64,000 bases of DNA from Candidatus Falkowbacteria bacterium (lineage in GTDB: Bacteria > Patescibacteriota > Patescibacteriia > XYB2-FULL-38-15): assembly GCA_016214745.1 (NCBI GenBank), contig JACRNW010000001.1, positions 1,038 to 65,037 of the forward strand. Reading direction: 5' to 3'. Below, one piece after another: positions 1 through 9,707 of the stretch. Numbering within the stretch: position 1 is the first letter of the stretch; each line of letters starts with the position of its first letter. The position numbers and the translations under genes are program-made. The notes under the pieces are model-generated. The model was not told where the DNA came from. It made no database searches and saw only the letters and a list, made by a program, of their open reading frames with translations.

Positions 1-1043
1 CCGCGGATTTTTAAATCTTCGCGCAAATGATCGTCGGTCAAAACGCGATTAATTCCTTCGGCCATGTTTTCCGGCGAATATGGATCAACCAAATACGCCG
101 CCTCGCCCGCAACTTCGCGAAGCGCCGGAATTCCGGAAGCAACGACCGGCGTACCGCAAGCCATGGCTTCCAAAACCGGGATGCCAAAACCTTCGTAAAG
201 AGATGGAAAAACAAAAGCCGCCGCGCCGTTCATCAAATGCGGCAAATCTTGCTTTCCAACCCAGCCGGGCATTATCACGTCATTTTGTAAATCATTATCC
301 GCAATGGCTTTGGCGACTTTTTGAAACCCGAAACCCCGCTGGCCTACCAAAACTAATTTTAAATTTTCTTGATGATTTTTTTTCAAAATTTTAAACGCCT
401 TAATCAATGCTGCCGTGTTTTTCTTTTCCTCCATCCGTCCGGCGTACAAAATATACGGCTCGGTAATTTTATATTTTTCCAAAACTTTAGCCACCACCTC
501 TTTGTCTTCAATAACTTTATACCGCTCGCTGTCATATCCATTTGGCACAACTACAATCCGCTCCGGAGAAATTTTAAAAAATTCTATGAGCTCATTTTTT
601 GTAAATTCTGAGACGGAAATTATTTTTGCCGCGTGGCGAATGGCAAATTTGATGGCAAATTTATGATATTTCAGAGCCAACCAATCGTAGGCCTCCGGCA
701 ATCGCAGGAATGCCACGTCGTGGCAGGTGGTCACAACTCTGTTTGGATGAATGAACGGAATGGTGTGGGCCGGAATAAAAAGCATTTCCGGCGGCCGCTG
801 CCACATTTCCCAGGATAATCTGATTTGCGTCCAAAGTTTTTTGGGCGGCCAATTCAAAATCCTGCTTTGCCAGTTCGGCGGCAAATCTCCGATTTCATCG
901 CGCAACTTTTCCGGCGAATACAAAACAAACTGATCTTTTGGATCAGCTATTTTTTTCAATTCCTGTATCAAGTGATGTGAATACCACTCGGTTCCCGTCT
1001 TTTCCGATTTATTCGCGCGTGAGGCGTCGATGCCAATCGTCAT
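1..1043 (-). CDS. glycosyltransferase family 4 (GT-B fold), partial; C-terminus lies beyond window start
   Basis: Reverse complement of 1..1043 is one open frame from ATG (1043..1041). It reads MTIGIDASRAN...TTCHDVAFL...ILYAGRMEEKKN...SLYEGFGIPVLEAMACGTPVVAS...LVDP..., the typical GT4 motifs. It is missing from the ORF track because there is no stop codon inside the window. Confidence 0.8.
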   Translation of the reverse strand, partial: MTIGIDASRANKSEKTGTEWYSHHLIQELKKIADPKDQFVLYSPEKLRDEIGDLPPNWQSRILNWPPKKLWTQIRLSWEMWQRPPEMLFIPAHTIPFIHPNRVVTTCHDVAFLRLPEAYDWLALKYHKFAIKFAIRHAAKIISVSEFTKNELIEFFKISPERIVVVPNGYDSERYKVIEDKEVVAKVLEKYKITEPYILYAGRMEEKKNTAALIKAFKILKKNHQENLKLVLVGQRGFGFQKVAKAIADNDLQNDVIMPGWVGKQDLPHLMNGAAAFVFPSLYEGFGIPVLEAMACGTPVVASGIPALREVAGEAAYLVDPYSPENMAEGINRVLTDDHLREDLKIR

Positions 1044-1058
1044 GTGTGATATTTTTAT

Positions 1059-2066
1059 TTACTTCGTCGCTAAAATGCTCTTTTTGTAAGATTCCAAATT
1101 TTCCAAAGCAATGCCTGTACCTTTCGCCACGCAAAGCAATGGCTCGTTCGCCACGTAAGCCGAAATGCCAGTCGCTTGGGAAATTAATTGATCAATATTC
1201 CGGAGAAGCGCCGTCCCGCCGGAAAGAACAACTCCTTTATCAATCACGTCGGCGGAGAGTTCTGGCGGAGTATTATACAAAACTTCCTTGACCGCGGCGA
1301 TGATGCCGTCAAGTTCGTTTGCCACCGCGTCGGTCACGTCGTCTGAGGTGACAATAATCGTTCGCGGCAAACCCGTAATCATGTCGCGGCCGCGCACTTC
1401 CATTCTTAATTTTTCTTCAAGATAAAGCGCTGAACCTATTTCTATTTTAATTTGTTCCGCCGTCCTCTCTCCGATTGCCAAACCATATTTCCGACGGGTA
1501 AATTCCGCGATGGCCGTATCTAATTTATTGCCGCCGATTCTAACCGAGGCGGAAGAAACAATGCCGCCGAGTGAAATCACAGCCATTTCCGCCGTACCGC
1601 CGCCGATATCAATAATCATATGGCCCGAAGCGCTGCCGATCGGAATGTTCGCGCCGATTGCGGCCACTATCGGCTCTTTAATAACATAAGCCGCTTTGGC
1701 GCCGGCCGTAATCGTCGCGTCAATCACCGCTCTTTTTTCCGTTGAAGTAATTCCTGCCGGCACGGCAACCATCACTTCGGGACGAAAAAGCCGCACGCCG
1801 CCCAATGCCTTATTGATAAAATATCTGAGCATTGTTTCGGTTGTTTTGTAATCGGCAATCACGCCGTCTTTAAGCGGCCGTCTCGCGACGATTGTTTCCG
1901 GAGTTCGACCGAGCATTTCCTTGGCTTCATGACCAACGGCTAAAATTTTTCTATCAGAAACAGAAAGCGCAACCACCGACGGCTCGTTGATGATAATTCC
2001 CCTCTTGGGAACATGGACCAAAACATTCGTTGTTCCAAGATCAATTCCGATCTTTTTTCTTAACAT
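1059..2066 (-). CDS. mreB: rod shape-determining protein MreB (actin homolog)
   Basis: 335 aa. Starts IGIDLGTTN, has DIGGGTAE and ends VLSGGTALLRNID..., the full actin/MreB phosphate-binding and adenosine motifs. Confidence 0.9.
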   Translation of the reverse strand: MLRKKIGIDLGTTNVLVHVPKRGIIINEPSVVALSVSDRKILAVGHEAKEMLGRTPETIVARRPLKDGVIADYKTTETMLRYFINKALGGVRLFRPEVMVAVPAGITSTEKRAVIDATITAGAKAAYVIKEPIVAAIGANIPIGSASGHMIIDIGGGTAEMAVISLGGIVSSASVRIGGNKLDTAIAEFTRRKYGLAIGERTAEQIKIEIGSALYLEEKLRMEVRGRDMITGLPRTIIVTSDDVTDAVANELDGIIAAVKEVLYNTPPELSADVIDKGVVLSGGTALLRNIDQLISQATGISAYVANEPLLCVAKGTGIALENLESYKKSILATK

Positions 2067-2088
2067 ATCTTTATAAAACCTACTACTA

Positions 2089-2168
2089 CAATTAGTTACT
2101 TAATTACCTAGTTACCATTAGTTACTTTTTTACATCGGTAACCAAGTAATTGGGTAACTAAGTAATTC
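2089..2168. repeat. AT-rich TAATTAC-unit palindromic intergenic element (family 2, copy A)
   Basis: The left arm (caattagttacttaattacctagttacc...) is an imperfect reverse complement of the right arm (ggtaaccaagtaattgggtaactaagtaattc). The two arms flank a central TTTTTT. A homologous element lies at 40191..40282. Confidence 0.5.
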
Positions 2169-2179
2169 TGTCGTTTTTA

Positions 2180-4177
2180 TTAAAATCGAACTTCTATTTG
2201 CCTATCAACTTTTAAGTCTGTCTGCAATTTATACGCGGTGTCGCCCCAATATCTCTCTTCTTCCGCCGGACTGGCTTGTTTAATATTTTTACCAAAATTC
2301 AAGTTTAAAGTCAAGGGATGGGCAATTGTGCCAGACTGCTTTTGAACAAATAATTTATACGACCCTCCGCTGATTTGATTTTTTATTTTTTCCGGCAAAA
2401 CATATTCAAAACTGAGTGTCCCCTCTTTTCCGGGCTCAATGGAAATAAATGCGCCAAAAAAAGTTTTACTAAATTCTTCTCCGGTATCAATTTTTCCGGG
2501 CCGGCCTGCGGGATTGTAAATCCTGTCGTTTTCCATCATCCCGCTGCCGCCGACAAGCGTACTTCCGGCCGGAACGTAAACACGGGTGTATGTTCGGTAA
2601 CGCGTAGTTTTCCAGGTGAAGGTTCCGTTGTTCTTGTAAGTGATGCTCACTTTGGCGCGAATATCACCTGAGGCATCTTTGGATAAAGAATAATTTATTT
2701 TTCTGTCCATCACTCCGTCGGTTTTCAAACTGGCCAAGTTGGCGTCAATTACCGAAAGATAATCTCCATCTGAATCCAAAATTTTTCCGCTCCATCCTTC
2801 GCGGGCGATAATTGTCTGCAATTCCTCGTCCTTGCTCCAAAAAAGAAGCTGCTTTTCGGTCAGAGCTTTTTCCGTCACGCCAAAAATACTTGACCATTTA
2901 GATGACGGGAGATTGGCCAGACGGTTGAAAATAATTTCTCCCAATTTCCCGACGATGTCTTTACGCTGAACTTCGGGAATCCCCTTTTCATAATATTCTT
3001 TTTCAACTTTGTATTGGAGAACGTCCATCAAATTATCCGGCGTGAATGTTTCTCCGTCCATTTCAATGTTGCCGATCTGGCGCAGAATATCTGAAATTAT
3101 AGTCGGGGTAACGGCAATGACGGCGTCAATTTTTTTCTCCGCGCCACCTTCAGCGTGATAAAACCAATCGGCCTTGGCCGCGGCGGTCGGAAAATCCGGC
3201 GACCAGTTGGAATCGCGCATAAACCAAGCGCCGACTCTTAAATATTTCGCGAGCGGCGCAGGCGGCGGAACGCGAAGATACTTTTCGGCTGCGCCGTCCA
3301 GGGCGTAAATATTATCTGTATCAAAAGTTTCCACCTCGCCGTCTTTCACTTTCACGATTCCGTACGTACCGATAAAGCCGCCTGTCGGACGAAGTTCATC
3401 GCTGTTTTGTAAAAGAAAAAGATAAGTCTTTTCACTGGGATAGCCGGCAATCTGCGGTAAAATCTCAGCCGCCGGAATGGCTTTGACAAGAATATTTCTG
3501 ATTTTAATTAATGTTTCTCTTACCGGACCCAGCACTTTCAAAAGTTGGCCCGCGACTTTATCTTCCTGAATCTGATCCAGAGCCAAGAGCGCTAAATCTA
3601 TTTTTGCTTTGGCTCCCTGAAGTCGCGGCGGGGAAACAAAAAGTTTCTGTAAAAGTTCCCGTTTTTTTTCGGGACTAATCTCCGCGAAACTTGTCCCGGC
3701 GCCAACTTCCGGAATGCCTCCGACTACCGATTGGGCGTCAGTGGCGACGTTCATAATTTCGCGAGCCACGTCGGCCAAATCTCCCAGTGCCGATGAAGTT
3801 TCAATTCCCGACCGGAGAAGACCGGCAACCGCGTCGTATTGATTGCCAATCCAGGGAAATTTACTTAAAAATTTTAATTTATTAAAACTCTCTTCGGCTT
3901 CCTTAAAATTATTTTCCGCTTCCGATAAATAAAAACCCGCCTTCTCTAAATTCAGGGCGGAAATTTCGGCTGAAGCCAATTCTAAATTTTGTTTGCCTGT
4001 TTCTGATAAATTATAAACTTTTCGGGCGGTCCCAAAATAAATGCCGACAATAATTAAACTGATCGCGACTGCCGCGGCGACAGTGTAAAGTAAAATTTTA
4101 ACGAACAAAACCGTCCTCCGCTTTTCCGCTCTTGCGGGATGGATAATATCCAAAAAATTTGTCCCCCTAAATTTCAT
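2180..4177 (-). CDS. large membrane-anchored hypothetical protein (DUF4012-like; family assignment from memory only)
   Basis: 665 aa with an N-terminal TM helix, then a long extracytoplasmic region including DELRPTGGFIGTYGIV. Proteins of this kind sit next to GT clusters in CPR genomes. Confidence 0.45.
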   Translation of the reverse strand: MKFRGTNFLDIIHPARAEKRRTVLFVKILLYTVAAAVAISLIIVGIYFGTARKVYNLSETGKQNLELASAEISALNLEKAGFYLSEAENNFKEAEESFNKLKFLSKFPWIGNQYDAVAGLLRSGIETSSALGDLADVAREIMNVATDAQSVVGGIPEVGAGTSFAEISPEKKRELLQKLFVSPPRLQGAKAKIDLALLALDQIQEDKVAGQLLKVLGPVRETLIKIRNILVKAIPAAEILPQIAGYPSEKTYLFLLQNSDELRPTGGFIGTYGIVKVKDGEVETFDTDNIYALDGAAEKYLRVPPPAPLAKYLRVGAWFMRDSNWSPDFPTAAAKADWFYHAEGGAEKKIDAVIAVTPTIISDILRQIGNIEMDGETFTPDNLMDVLQYKVEKEYYEKGIPEVQRKDIVGKLGEIIFNRLANLPSSKWSSIFGVTEKALTEKQLLFWSKDEELQTIIAREGWSGKILDSDGDYLSVIDANLASLKTDGVMDRKINYSLSKDASGDIRAKVSITYKNNGTFTWKTTRYRTYTRVYVPAGSTLVGGSGMMENDRIYNPAGRPGKIDTGEEFSKTFFGAFISIEPGKEGTLSFEYVLPEKIKNQISGGSYKLFVQKQSGTIAHPLTLNLNFGKNIKQASPAEEERYWGDTAYKLQTDLKVDRQIEVRF

Positions 4178-4196
4178 AAATTTTTTTAATTATTTT

Positions 4197-5003
4197 TTAC
4201 CTTCCGGCTGCTATTGTTTCCCGCCCCCATTTTTTAAAATATTTTAGCCAACTTGCCAGATGAATTCTCGTAACTTTTTTAAAAATTCCACTCCACCAAT
4301 GACCTTCGGCCGACTCGCGGCGGTGAAAATGAATTACGGAAATTTCCGGATGATAAACCACTTTCCATTTTTTCTCCCACATGCTCCGGCATAAATCAAC
4401 GTCGTCAAAATAGGCAAAATATCTTTCGTCCAAAAGCCCGACGTCGTCCAAAGATTTTCTTCTGATTAATAAACATCCGCCCAAAAGCCAATCAACTTCC
4501 CGCGTGGAATTATGATCAAAATCTTTCATAAAATAATGATCCAATTTCTTTTTAGCAAAACCAAGGCGGCCGAGCGGCGTCCGGCGGTAAACCGGTTCCC
4601 AAAAATCCGGAAAACGATAACATGAATATTGCAAAGATTTATCGGGATTTAAAAGTTTTGGTCCGACAATTCCCGCATCTTGCCTCGCATCTAAAAATTG
4701 AACTAACTTTTCAAGTACTCCGGAAAAAACAATAATATCAGGATTCATAATCATCACGTAACGGCCGCGCGCTTTTTTTATTCCCAAATTATTGCCCTTG
4801 GCGTAGCCTAAATTTTTATCTGAAGCGACAAAAGTAATTTCCGGAAAATTTTCGCGCATCATTTGCGCGGTTCCGTCGCCCGAAGCATTATCAACCACGA
4901 TAATTTCATAATCCAGTTTCGGCTGGACCATTTTAATGCCTTTCAAACATTCCTTTAGGAGTCCGCGCGCCCGGTAGTTTAAAATGATAATTGATAAATC
5001 CAT
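4197..5003 (-). CDS. glycosyltransferase family 2
   Basis: MDLSIIILNYRARG...VVDNASGDGT...MNPDII, the GT2 N-terminal DxD-type fold motifs. Confidence 0.8.
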   Translation of the reverse strand: MDLSIIILNYRARGLLKECLKGIKMVQPKLDYEIIVVDNASGDGTAQMMRENFPEITFVASDKNLGYAKGNNLGIKKARGRYVMIMNPDIIVFSGVLEKLVQFLDARQDAGIVGPKLLNPDKSLQYSCYRFPDFWEPVYRRTPLGRLGFAKKKLDHYFMKDFDHNSTREVDWLLGGCLLIRRKSLDDVGLLDERYFAYFDDVDLCRSMWEKKWKVVYHPEISVIHFHRRESAEGHWWSGIFKKVTRIHLASWLKYFKKWGRETIAAGR

Positions 5004-5006
5004 ATT

Positions 5007-6005
5007 TTAAGAAAACCACTTTTTTATTTCCGCCATATCAACTTTTCTGTGCGCCACAATCCATCTTCTTTTTCTCCACATCTTCGGAAGTTTTTTAAAA
5101 AATTCTCCTAAACCTTTTAGCGTCCTCGGCTCCAAAAATAAAAGATAAATAAATTTTTTAAATTCGTACCATTTTATCCGATAGCCCCAGCGCCACCACA
5201 GTTCCGCCGGAACATCTTTAAAGAGAAAAAATAAATGATTTTTGTAAGAATGATAATTAACAAAAGCCGATTTCTTTTTTCTCTGGCGCGCCGCCGCGAG
5301 ATCTCCCGCGCCGATACTTCTTGCCGAGCGATCATGATAAGCGCGGGCCGACGACAAAAACCATGCTTTAAAACCCGCGAGACGCAGACGATACACCAGA
5401 TCCACGTCTTCTTTATAACTGAAAAAATCTTCGTCAAAAAATTCTCCGTTAATCGCTATTTCGTTTAATGCTCTACGCCGATAAACCGGCGCGGCGCCGG
5501 AAACGCCAAAAACCTCTTTCGCTTCGTTCCACTTTTGGTCGTCCATCTCCCCCGCCCCCAATTCCACTCCCCGATGATTTTTAAAAATTTTTATGCCGAC
5601 GGAATCAATCAAATCTGTTTTTTGATTATTCGGAAAATCCCAGTGAAGCAATTTTCCCGTCACGGCCGCCACTTCGCTGTGGCTGTCTAAAAATTTAATT
5701 ATTTCTTCTAAAAAATTCTGTTCTAAAATTATATCCTGATTTAACATTAAAACATAATCACTCTCCGTTGCGCGGAGCGCCTGATTATGGCCGGCGGCAA
5801 AACCGACATTTTCCTCATTAAATTCCAGCCGGCAATTCCCGACCGGCAACAGGGAATTTTTTAAATATTCCACCGTTCCGTCAGTTGAACCATTATCCAA
5901 AATGAATAGCGAAAAATCGCGGAAAGTTTGTTTGGCAATTGAATCCAAACAATGTGGCAAATATTTTTTTCCGTTCCAAGTTACTAAATTTATGGAAACC
6001 TTCAT
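5007..6005 (-). CDS. glycosyltransferase family 2
   Basis: VSINLVTWNGKKYLPHCLDSI...ILDNGSTDGT...LNQDII. Confidence 0.8.
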   Translation of the reverse strand: MKVSINLVTWNGKKYLPHCLDSIAKQTFRDFSLFILDNGSTDGTVEYLKNSLLPVGNCRLEFNEENVGFAAGHNQALRATESDYVLMLNQDIILEQNFLEEIIKFLDSHSEVAAVTGKLLHWDFPNNQKTDLIDSVGIKIFKNHRGVELGAGEMDDQKWNEAKEVFGVSGAAPVYRRRALNEIAINGEFFDEDFFSYKEDVDLVYRLRLAGFKAWFLSSARAYHDRSARSIGAGDLAAARQRKKKSAFVNYHSYKNHLFFLFKDVPAELWWRWGYRIKWYEFKKFIYLLFLEPRTLKGLGEFFKKLPKMWRKRRWIVAHRKVDMAEIKKWFS

Positions 6006-6008
6006 AAT

Positions 6009-7523
6009 TTACTTCCTCGCTTTTTCCGTTACCCAAAAACCGAGATATTTTCCGAGCATTAATCTTGTCTGCGCTTCCACGGCCGGAATTGAACCGAACA
6101 AAATTAAAGACACCGGAAGCAGCACCCATTGCGCAAGCATAATGACAAATTTAAACGGACTCTGATTTTTCGGCCGAGGCGGAAGCAAAAACAAAAATAA
6201 AATCGCCGAAACAACCATGCCGAGCATGGCGGCGGTAAGGAGCCACTGCAAAACAAGCGGCGCGGTCTGAAAAAACGCTGTGGCGCCGATTTTTTCTTTG
6301 CCAAACCAAAGCGGCAGTTTACTTAAAACAAACATCAAAATCGGCGCGGTCGCCCAGGAGTACATTCCTTCACCCAAATTCCAAAGATATTTAAATCTTT
6401 TCCAAAACGGGATTCTCGGCACCGCGATTTCTCCCCTGTCGGTTTTTAAAGTTCCGCGGGAAAAATGCCAAACCATATACGGAAAATGCTCAACGCCCCA
6501 AGCCCAACGCCGCTGTTGCTTATAAAGATTGACTAGACTGCGCCATGGCGTTTCGGCCATAACCGTATCCATGGAAACCGGAATATACATCGGCACAACT
6601 TCAAAATCTCCGCCGTAACGGATAAAGCATTGCAAAAAAATTCTTGAATCGTCGGTGACAATATCTTTTTGCCAAAAATCAACATCAACCAAAGCTTTGA
6701 AAGCGATGCTATGCGAAGAAAAAGTAAAAAGCCGGTCGGGTTTCGCAAGTTCGGTCAGGAGCCAAAAGGTCGTGCCGCAAGCCGCGACGCGCATAAGAGA
6801 CATTGAATCCCAAATATTGTTATTGTAAAGCGCCACCGGCTGGAAAGCTGCCCGTTCGCGTTTTGGATGAGTAATATATTTATAAGCGAGACAAGCAAAA
6901 TATTCCGGATGGACGCAAGTATCGCTGTCAAAATATGAAACAACGATTTTTTCGTAAGGAATTTTTAATTCGTCAACCAATTCTTTCGCCTTAAATCCCG
7001 CCCAATGAGCGTTCGCGCCTTTTCCCTTGATCTCGCCGGCCAAATTATCCGGATGAGTGATAATCAAAAGTTTTAAAAATTTTTCGCCAAATTCTTTTTC
7101 TATAATTTCAGCGTTCCTGTCAAAATTTTCTTTATTTCTCTCTTCGCCCGACAAGACGACAATCATTTTATCAAGCGGGTAATGCGAAGCAGCCAAATTA
7201 GAAAATGTGGAGCGCAGCACTTCAATCGGCTCTTTTGAAGTTGGCATGACCACCATGTGATAATAATTCTCCCAGCCGGGCAAAGCGCGAACTTTTTCCA
7301 ACCAATCAGTATGGATGTCTCTCTGATAACGCCGCCAAGAAACTGCCATGTAAAAAACAAAATAAAGAACGCGGAAAAGCCAATACACGGAAAAAATGAT
7401 GACAAAATAAATTACCCAAAGCGGCTTCACAAAAGAAAGCACGACAGCCAAAATAAAAGTCAACCAGACAAGTGTGCCTGGGATCATTTCTAACAATCTA
7501 TATTTTTTTCTATCGGAAAGCAT
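6009..7523 (-). CDS. membrane-embedded processive GT2 glycosyltransferase (cellulose/chitin-synthase-like, QxxRW motif)
   Basis: 504 aa with N-terminal and C-terminal TM segments. It has DSDTCVHPEYF (DxD) and QQRRWAWG (Q[QR]xRW). Confidence 0.7.
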   Translation of the reverse strand: MLSDRKKYRLLEMIPGTLVWLTFILAVVLSFVKPLWVIYFVIIFSVYWLFRVLYFVFYMAVSWRRYQRDIHTDWLEKVRALPGWENYYHMVVMPTSKEPIEVLRSTFSNLAASHYPLDKMIVVLSGEERNKENFDRNAEIIEKEFGEKFLKLLIITHPDNLAGEIKGKGANAHWAGFKAKELVDELKIPYEKIVVSYFDSDTCVHPEYFACLAYKYITHPKRERAAFQPVALYNNNIWDSMSLMRVAACGTTFWLLTELAKPDRLFTFSSHSIAFKALVDVDFWQKDIVTDDSRIFLQCFIRYGGDFEVVPMYIPVSMDTVMAETPWRSLVNLYKQQRRWAWGVEHFPYMVWHFSRGTLKTDRGEIAVPRIPFWKRFKYLWNLGEGMYSWATAPILMFVLSKLPLWFGKEKIGATAFFQTAPLVLQWLLTAAMLGMVVSAILFLFLLPPRPKNQSPFKFVIMLAQWVLLPVSLILFGSIPAVEAQTRLMLGKYLGFWVTEKARK

Positions 7524-7663
7524 TAAAGTTTGGTTACTAACTTTAGTTAACTTCGACGCGGGAACCGGCCTCCCGGACCTTTCTAAAAACCTTAAAACAA
7601 AGCCTAACTTTTCCCATAATTAAGCTAAAATCTGTCTAAATCATAATTCTTTTTGCTGATTTT

Positions 7664-7775
7664 GTCAACCCCATCCGAGATAAAGGTGAATTTATATAAT
7701 CAGTAAGCAAATAACCAGAAAAAATTGTTGCTCCGCCGGAAACATCAATTAACCTAAATCTCGGACGGGGTCAAC
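7664..7775. repeat. pair of 18-bp imperfect inverted repeats (7664..7681 / 7758..7775) enclosing ~75 bp
   Basis: gtcaaccccatccgagat and atctcggacggggtcaac match in 15 of 18 positions as reverse complements. They sit at the junction between the AT-rich backbone and the GC-rich gene at 7851. Confidence 0.4.
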
Positions 7776-7850
7776 CTCCCCCGAATAAAGCCTTATTTTA
7801 AAATAAAAAAACCGGCCGGGCCTAAAAGACCAAGCCGGACGGACAACGAA

Positions 7851-8456
7851 CTACGATTGACCGTTTTCCCTCCGCTCGCCGCGCAGACGCCGGAGAAGCC
7901 GCCAGGCAACCCAGTGGTAGATCGTGACCAAAGAGTCGAATGTCACACCGAGCGTGTCTACTCCTTCACGGGTCACTGTGTGAGGTTCCTTGCCCTCGCG
8001 GCAAGTCACCTTGAAGGTGACTTGGACATGGTGGCTGTGTTCGTAGTCAACCGCAAAAACCGAATAGCCGACAATCCGTACGCACCCGAGATGCTGTTCG
8101 ATCTCCGGCCAACGCTTGATGAGCGCTTTGCGTAAAGCGCGCTCCATAAGGTCAACCGATCCGAGGCGACCCTCAAAAGCGGCGCCATTCTTTACGCGTT
8201 GGCTCACCGCCTGCTCGTCGGCAATCTCAACCACCTGGCCGTCCAGGAGCGTGCTGATTTCAATGCGGAAACAGCTAGCCACCTTCCCGTCATCCACTCG
8301 GCGTTGTTTGTGAAAACCAAAACTGAGTACCTCAAATTGGGGCGCCTTGCCGGCGGCGATTGCTCCCGCAAGCTCTCTTTCGAGAGAATTTTTCCCCTTC
8401 CCTTTTACGGCCGGACCCGTATTCACTGCCACATCTATTCCCTCCTCCCTCCCCAT
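7851..8456 (-). CDS. hypothetical protein, GC-rich (~60% GC) gene of likely foreign origin
   Basis: 201-aa ORF with high GC3, set in 38% GC surroundings. A strong SD (GGGAGGGAGGG) precedes an in-frame GTG about 8 codons into the ORF, so the true start may be near 8432. No family was recognised. Confidence 0.5.
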   Translation of the reverse strand: MGREEGIDVAVNTGPAVKGKGKNSLERELAGAIAAGKAPQFEVLSFGFHKQRRVDDGKVASCFRIEISTLLDGQVVEIADEQAVSQRVKNGAAFEGRLGSVDLMERALRKALIKRWPEIEQHLGCVRIVGYSVFAVDYEHSHHVQVTFKVTCREGKEPHTVTREGVDTLGVTFDSLVTIYHWVAWRLLRRLRGERRENGQS

Positions 8457-8509
8457 TTAGAAAAACGGATCCGTCAATCCGTTTTTAATAATTTATCATA
8501 ACAAATAAA

Positions 8510-8548
8510 AAAAGCAAGTCCAAAATCAACCGGACCTGCTTTTTAAAA
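8510..8548 (-). terminator. rho-independent terminator downstream of 8551..8862 gene
   Basis: On the minus strand the sequence is GCAGGTCCggttgattttGGACTTGC followed by TTTTTTT. Confidence 0.5.
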
Positions 8549-8550
8549 AT

Positions 8551-8862
8551 TTATTTCATGTGCTTTTGAATGTCGCTCCATTTACTTTTTAATTCCGCCA
8601 TTACTTCCTGAATTTGCTTTTCCGCCATTTTTTTTCTTTTTCCGTATTCCACGACTGCTTTCTCCACTACCTCTTCATATTTTTCCTTACTCATCACTTT
8701 CATTTTTTCCACTTCCTTCAAAATCTTAGCGAAAAGATCAGACGACATTTTCTTTAATTCCGCGCGACGTTCCTCACCGGTTTTTTTGGTGGTGAGGAGA
8801 GCGGCGGCCGTGCCGATCAGGGCGCCGAGAAGTGCTCCCTTGAAAAATTCTTTTTTCCCCAT
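8551..8862 (-). CDS. YtxH-like small protein (N-terminal Gly-zipper TM + coiled coil)
   Basis: MGKKEFFKGALLGALIGTAAALL, then a K/E-rich helix. Composition is native AT-rich. Confidence 0.5.
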   Translation of the reverse strand: MGKKEFFKGALLGALIGTAAALLTTKKTGEERRAELKKMSSDLFAKILKEVEKMKVMSKEKYEEVVEKAVVEYGKRKKMAEKQIQEVMAELKSKWSDIQKHMK

Positions 8863-8991
8863 AAAATTTTAATTAATTATTATAAAATTTATTTAGAAAT
8901 CTCTTTTTATTATTTTACCACAAATTAATAAATAAAAAAATCCCGTACCCTGTCCGAGGACAAAATACGGGACGAACCGCCAAGATTCTCC

Positions 8992-9579
8992 TTATCCGAC
9001 GGCTGGCTGACTTCGCGCGAAGAGAATGCGCGCGTGGAAAACGACGCTCAAAACGGCAAAGACGAGTGCCACCCACAAGGCGATGTTCGCAACGTCGAGC
9101 GTCCAGCCGGCGCCAACGACAAGACCGATCACGGCCGTGCTCTGCAACCACATCTTGATCTTGCCGAAAGCATTGGCCTTGCCCGATTTGCCGAGCAGAG
9201 ATGCGAGCAACCGGCCAAGGGCAAGAATCACTTCAATGGAAGCCGTTACGATGATGAGCTCAAATGGGAAATGCCCCCGGCCGTTGGTCAGAAGAATCCC
9301 AACGACCATCACTTTGTCGGCACAGGGGTCAAGCCATTCGCCGAGCTTAGTCTGCTCACCCCGCCACCTGGCCAGAGCTCCGTCCAGCGCGTCCAAGAAC
9401 ACGGCAAAAGCGATAAACAGAATGCCCAGGAAATGGCTGCCGACCCTGAGCAAAACCGCCACGAACAGAGCAACGAGCATGCGAGCAAAAGAAAGGTGAT
9501 TGGGCTTGATCCAGAGCGGGGTTCGCTTCACGATCGGATTCAGCAACCAATCTCCCCAGCTGAGTTTTTTCTCCTCCAT
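8992..9579 (-). CDS. CDP-alcohol phosphatidyltransferase (PgsA-like), GC-rich
   Basis: FLDALDGALARWRGEQTKLGEWLDPCADK matches the D-G-x2-A-R...G-x3-D-x3-D signature, and the protein has multiple TM helices. The likely start is MEEKKLSWGDW at 9579, preceded by a strong SD (AAGGAGGGAG); the ORF track extends to 9681. The gene is about 60% GC. Confidence 0.75.
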   Translation of the reverse strand: MEEKKLSWGDWLLNPIVKRTPLWIKPNHLSFARMLVALFVAVLLRVGSHFLGILFIAFAVFLDALDGALARWRGEQTKLGEWLDPCADKVMVVGILLTNGRGHFPFELIIVTASIEVILALGRLLASLLGKSGKANAFGKIKMWLQSTAVIGLVVGAGWTLDVANIALWVALVFAVLSVVFHARILFARSQPAVG

Positions 9580-9707
9580 CACTCCCTCCTTGGCTCCGGA
9601 CACTGCGAAATTGTCCAGGCCTTCATTTGTCCTATCATAAATAAAAAAATTCTGCAAACAAAAACAGAGTGATTTTTCCACTCTGTTTTTAAAAATCTTC
9701 TAAGATT

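Noticed and set aside
938-1291. Plus-strand 117-aa ORF and other small plus ORFs in 27..933
   Set aside because: They are entirely antisense to the continuous GT4 reading frame on the minus strand, which carries the canonical motifs.
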